Below, in pieces: positions 59,324 to 64,000 of a stretch of 64,000 bases of DNA. Source of the stretch: Marsupella aquatica. Taxonomy: Eukaryota > Plantae > Marchantiophyta. How positions within the stretch are numbered: position 1 is the first letter of the stretch; the number at the start of each line of letters is the position of its first letter. Made by a program: the position numbers and the translations under genes. The notes beneath the pieces are model-generated. The model had not been told where the DNA came from. It saw nothing but the letters and a program-made list of their open reading frames with translations, and searched no databases. The stretch lies in NCBI GenBank assembly GCA_973895155.1, contig OZ316891.1, positions 10,789,875 to 10,853,874 of the forward strand, in the 5' to 3' direction.

Positions 59324-62300
59324 TGAACCCTTTCATTCCTCGACTTTGAAGAATTCCTCGTCACGAAACTCTGATTGAAGAGGTCGTTCGCTTCCTGCAA
59401 TACACAATGGGTCGTTGGCTTGGTTCTCCCATCGTCGCCCTGCAATCATATTCTTACTCTGCCTCACCATCGCCACCACCGTCACATCATTTCCCCAGGG
59501 ACAATCTCCCTCTCTCCCCCTCCCCACCGGCCTCATATACCAATTCCCAAACGCAACATGGCTGGAAAACCTCGCCGTGCGCTCGAACGGCGAAATACTC
59601 GTCACGAAGCATACAAGGCCCGATGTCTACCTGATCAACACGGTCCAGAGATCCGCAACATTTGTACACTCATTCCCAGCCGTAATGGACCTGGTGGGTA
59701 TAACTGAGGTCGAGCATGACATTTTCTACCTCGGAGCGGGAAATCTCACGGCCGGTCCCACGCGGCCCAAGAGTTTCTCAATCTGGGAAGTTGACATGAG
59801 AACTTTCTCTCTCTCAGGAGCACGCGTCAGGAAAGTAACAGACATGCCAGAAGCAGTGTTTCTTAACGGACTTGTCACGTTGTCGAAAACAGATCACACA
59901 ATTCTAATCGCAGACTGCGTCCTCGGAGTAGTCTGGAAACTTAACGTGAATACTGGCGTCTATTTCATTACTATCTCGGACCCGGCGATGGCACCGGTGG
60001 CCACTGCAACGACCCAAGTCGGCATTAACGGCGTGAAGATCCGGGACGACTATCTGTATTTCACTAGCACCAACCAAGGTTTGATTTGTCGCGTCCCAAT
60101 CTCCGACTCAGGGAATGCCACTGGAGGAGTAGAGGTCCTTGCCACCGGGCTAACACCAGATGATTTCGACCTGGATAGCGATAAAAGGCCATGGATAGCG
60201 CAGAATAGAGAAAATGTAGTTAGTGTGCTGCTTAGAAATGGCACGGTGGTTAATGTGGCCGGTGCAAAGGATCAGCTCACTGTTGCTGGGGCGACGAGTT
60301 GTTTGTTTGGGCGGCATAATTCGCATCTGCTCTACTGCACCACGACAGGAGGGCTAGCAGCGCCGGTGAATGGGACAGTGATAGAGGGAGGGAAGGTCGT
60401 GGTAATTGACACGAAAGCCTTTTGGCTATAGTCGGCGCCAGTTAAAGCCGATGGGCAGACCCTGAAGAAATTAGCGACTCACTCACTCACTACTTCTTCG
60501 TCTCAGTACTACTTCTTCGTATATGCGAGAGACGAAGCCGAAGAACGACTGAACGATCGAATGATTGATCGAAGCAACAGAGCTTTGAAAGCTTACGATT
60601 ACACATCCATCAGCGAAAGTGGCCGAGAGCGCTGCGGAGGCTGTCACGAAGGCCAGCCGCAACCTAGTAAAGGAGATCGCCATGGAACCCACTTGGTATC
60701 TTCGATTATAAGTCTGTCTCTCTCTCTCTCTCCGTGTTTTATTCATGGCTGCTGCATGCAGCACACTCACAGTCGAGAAGGGGGGGATTGAGACGAATCA
60801 CGAGTGATGTTGATATCTTGTGCACCCTTAAGGTATGACTCATGTTCATTGTGAGATGCTGGTGTATGTTAATTGGACATGACAATGAATTTGGTTTGTG
60901 TCTCCTGTTCTCCGTAAGAGAAGTGAAACTGGAGAATTTGCATGACTATCTGGAGGGACCGTTTGCTCGTATGATCGCGGACCCGTTTCCATATTGAAAG
61001 TGTTTTCAATATGGCACTCAAACTTTCATTAGCAGTAGACCGGTAGTACAAGTTTCTTGCCAGGAAGTGATGCATTCGAGACCAAATAAAAATTAAATTG
61101 TGGATACCCTTTATTTTCACGACATAGAGACTATAGCAGGTGCCTGTCTTTATTTTGTGGCTTGCTGTACTCCTGCTTTTGATGTGTAACAAGTTGATGG
61201 GTTTTCCTCTCACAAGACCTGTATCAGTTGTAATTCTTGTCTTTGATTGTTCAAAGTAATGTAGCATATATGATAAGGTATAACTAGCCTTAATGCCCAT
61301 TCTTTGAATATGATTAGAAAGGATGACAAAAATGGTCACACATGATATGATTTGACATACATAAATAATATCTTATCATTTTTTTCTTTTCACATAAATT
61401 TTGGTGGGCTCTAAAGTTACGGTCTACAGGGTTGCGATTAGCTATACAGGTGTTTGTATGTGAGGTTCACAAATCGCTATAAGTCTCGATGTGAATATGT
61501 AGCATATTGCTGAGGCAATAGTTTGGATATAACTGTTATAGATGTTTGTCTCTGAGGTTTACGGGTTGCTGTAAGCTTAGATGTGAATACATAGCATATT
61601 TGTTAGGCAATAGTTTGGATATGAGGGTTACCACATTCTATATCGCAAACACAAACATGAAATTAAACCTATTTAACAATGACAGACACTGGAAAATGAT
61701 CAGGCAGACACACAGGTGCAAAAGGAAGCCGCCAAAGATAAGGAAAAGGTATTGCAACCTGCACGTTGACGGAGTTGGGTGAGTATAGAAGGGACAAGTG
61801 ACTGGTAGTTGACCAAACCATGAAGCTAAACTCCTGCGTTCACGAGTGACGGAGATTCTGGTTCCACAGAAAAAGTGTGGAGGCATTCTAATCTTGCGCC
61901 CTCTTCTCCCCTACTGTCTTAGCATTAATCTGGGAGTGGCTCAGTGGGCAATTTACGGCACCTCTCTTAAATTATACCTGCCCTTTTAAAAGCAATTGGT
62001 TACTCATAGCTAGCATTAGAAGTAATATGTTCCTGAAGTCTTGGAGCAAACTGGCAGGATAGAGGAGAAGAGTGAATGGAATTTAGAAAAAGAGGGAGGT
62101 CTTGGTCATTCCTCACAGAGAGCCAGTGGTAGTTTAACGGCATGGAATTCATGTAGCTGATGTTTACTTCATGAGTGAGTCACATTGAGTCCCAGAGTGT
62201 AAATTTGATCTTCTCTCTCCACCTTATGGCAGTTTTGCATCACCTGAAAACTTCCACACAGTATCAGAGCAGCAAGGGCTCAGTAAAAGTACTCCAAATA

Positions 62301-62420
62301 ACTTCAGACTTAAGCCTAGATTCTCCAAAGGGCACCTTAAAAAAAAGACGAGTAGCTTTATGGGGCCACCACCTATCCTGTAATGGGGTCTTCACCGTTG
62401 ATGAATGACTACTCAGACAC
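59324..62420 (+). repeat. Segmental duplication unit B
   Basis: Colinear with 41078-45600 but lacks the TA-flanked element. Confidence 0.85.
59407..60431 (+). pseudogene. Second copy of the fungal-type beta-propeller gene; 1-nt deletion after codon ~12 uncouples the ATG from an otherwise intact ORF
   Basis: Copy 1 reads GCC CTC TCA ATC GTA; copy 2 reads GCCCTGCAATCATA, one base shorter. The ATG frame stops at 59634. The homologous frame 59415-60431 is open and keeps all motifs. Confidence 0.75.
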
Positions 62421-62612
62421 AATTAGGTGTGGGAAACCGCACTAGAAGTAATGCCCCTTGTTATGACCCACCAGAAGAAGAAAGACCCCCATGTGATGAC
62501 CAAGATTAATGATTCCATTTGACTCACTGTTACCTTTCCATGAGTTGATTCCCAATTATGACATGGAGTGTTGTTAGCTATGATATAGCAACATGGTTCT
62601 AATACCTTCTTA

Positions 62613-63223
62613 TCTTAACTATATAAAATATAAAAAATAAATTGTGAATTATGAATTATGAATATGAAGCCGGGATTGATTTCACTGGCCGTTTTGCATT
62701 GAACGTTTTGTATTTGGACATTTTGTGTTTGGAAAGGAGTGTATGTTTCTTGATTGAAACTTGCTGAATAATTGAATATTGAAAGTGTCAATGTGTTGTG
62801 AATGGGTATTGTCGGGAGTACAGTCGAGCGATTTCTCGTGGGCATTGGCGTGACTTTCGCCTTGGTGAATTTTTCAAACCATTTGACCAATTGAGTATGG
62901 AGTAGTCTCTAATTGAGTTTGCTGTTTAGAGCTTGAATCTCTTGGTTACGTTTAATTATAGTCGACTACTTACCTTGTGAGGCCTGTGTGGGGTCGAGTT
63001 TTCTCGTGAAAACATCGAGGCCTTTAAACTTGCCATGTTTCTTTCTCTTTTTCGACTTGTGGTCGCCGCACCGCACCTTTTTTGGGGCAGCTTGAACGGG
63101 CCCGAGGTGCTAAGGGACGGAAGGGGGAGCGTAAGTTTTGTTTTCTTTTGTTTTCTTTTGTTTTCTTTTGTTTTCCGGTGGAGGCTTTTTAAACGCGGCG
63201 CGTGGCATCCACGGGGGTCTATA
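62613..63223 (+). mobile_element. Possible non-autonomous Helitron
   Basis: 5' A|TCTTAACTATATAAAA is Helitron-like. A short hairpin CGTGG-CAT-CCACG near 63200 is followed by CTATAG, an imperfect 3' end. Confidence 0.3.
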
Positions 63224-64000
63224 GCCGTATGCAGCAGCATTAATTTCAAAATTACTGAGATCTCCATGAAACAAAGGAGGAAAGCTAGTAAACAAATCGT
63301 CAACTACTATAGAGTGTATCATCGCTATCGTCTAGCCACGGCCGGAACTACATTTGAACTAGGTAAGGCCGTCCCAACTCAACGATGTTCTTCCAAGATG
63401 TACCTAGCTAATCTTGCAATCGAGTTTACCCTCGCGTCTGGCAATACAGTCATGCAAGCTCTTTCCAACATCAACTCTCTAAATGTCCAATCAGTATTCA
63501 TTTGAATCGTCATTCTTGTCTTGATCGCTGGCTTGAGTTTAGATGATCAGTTGGCAATCAGTGCTGTTCAGCCACAGCAACAGATCTGAACCTTTCCTTG
63601 CACCTGACTGCCACCATGGACTCTACAGCATTTCAGTGAATTTTAGATTTATAGGCTGCCTTGGAATCATCTTCTTTGGAGACTTCGAAATCCGCTGCAA
63701 AACATGATAGCAATAGCTCTAACAGAAACTGTCCGCAAGAGGATCGTTTAACAGGAATCAAAAGATCGTCGAAATGGTACAAATCTGTGGCTAAGCTGTT
63801 AGTTACTTCATTTGGAGATCTATGTGCATGCACTACACTGACTGGTGGGTCCTGGCAAAGAGACATATACTAGTCGATTCTCCCATTCTGTTTGTACAGA
63901 AATTGGATACAACTCCTGATTTTATCTCGTTTTCTGCCCGATTTGGTGGCAGTATGGGAGTAATTAAAGAGTTGCGTTGTACATATTTCGAGATGTTTCT

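Noticed and set aside
63035-63505. 156-aa hydrophobic ORF
   Set aside because: The hydrophobic stretch comes from a TTTTG/TTTTC microsatellite, and the ORF spans unrelated sequence blocks.

Overview
Repeat-rich eukaryotic DNA from a land plant. The introns, TE families and protein types suggest a non-seed plant such as a bryophyte (inference). The left end holds two convergent spliced host genes: a KNB36-like coiled-coil gene (+, 3229-4674) and a ~682-aa protein with several divergent ubiquitin-like domains and a disordered tail (-, 8693-5731). Most of the rest is tandem arrays and nested transposons: a very young Tnt1/Tork-like Ty1-copia with identical LTRs, an older Bianca-type copia, a decayed PIF/Harbinger, three TA-flanked Tc1/mariner-type elements, solo LTRs and a foldback MITE. 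The most unusual item is a duplicated, intronless gene (41157-42206 and 59407-60431) for a secreted six-bladed beta-propeller. It looks fungal rather than plant in type and is a candidate fungus-to-plant horizontal transfer. Copy 2 carries a 1-nt frameshift and a replaced upstream region. The young copia has gag and pol in one frame split by a single TGA, plus a possible +1 slip site. The Bianca PBS matches the anticodon arm of inosine-edited tRNA-Ile. All family assignments come from motif recognition by eye; no database searches were run.
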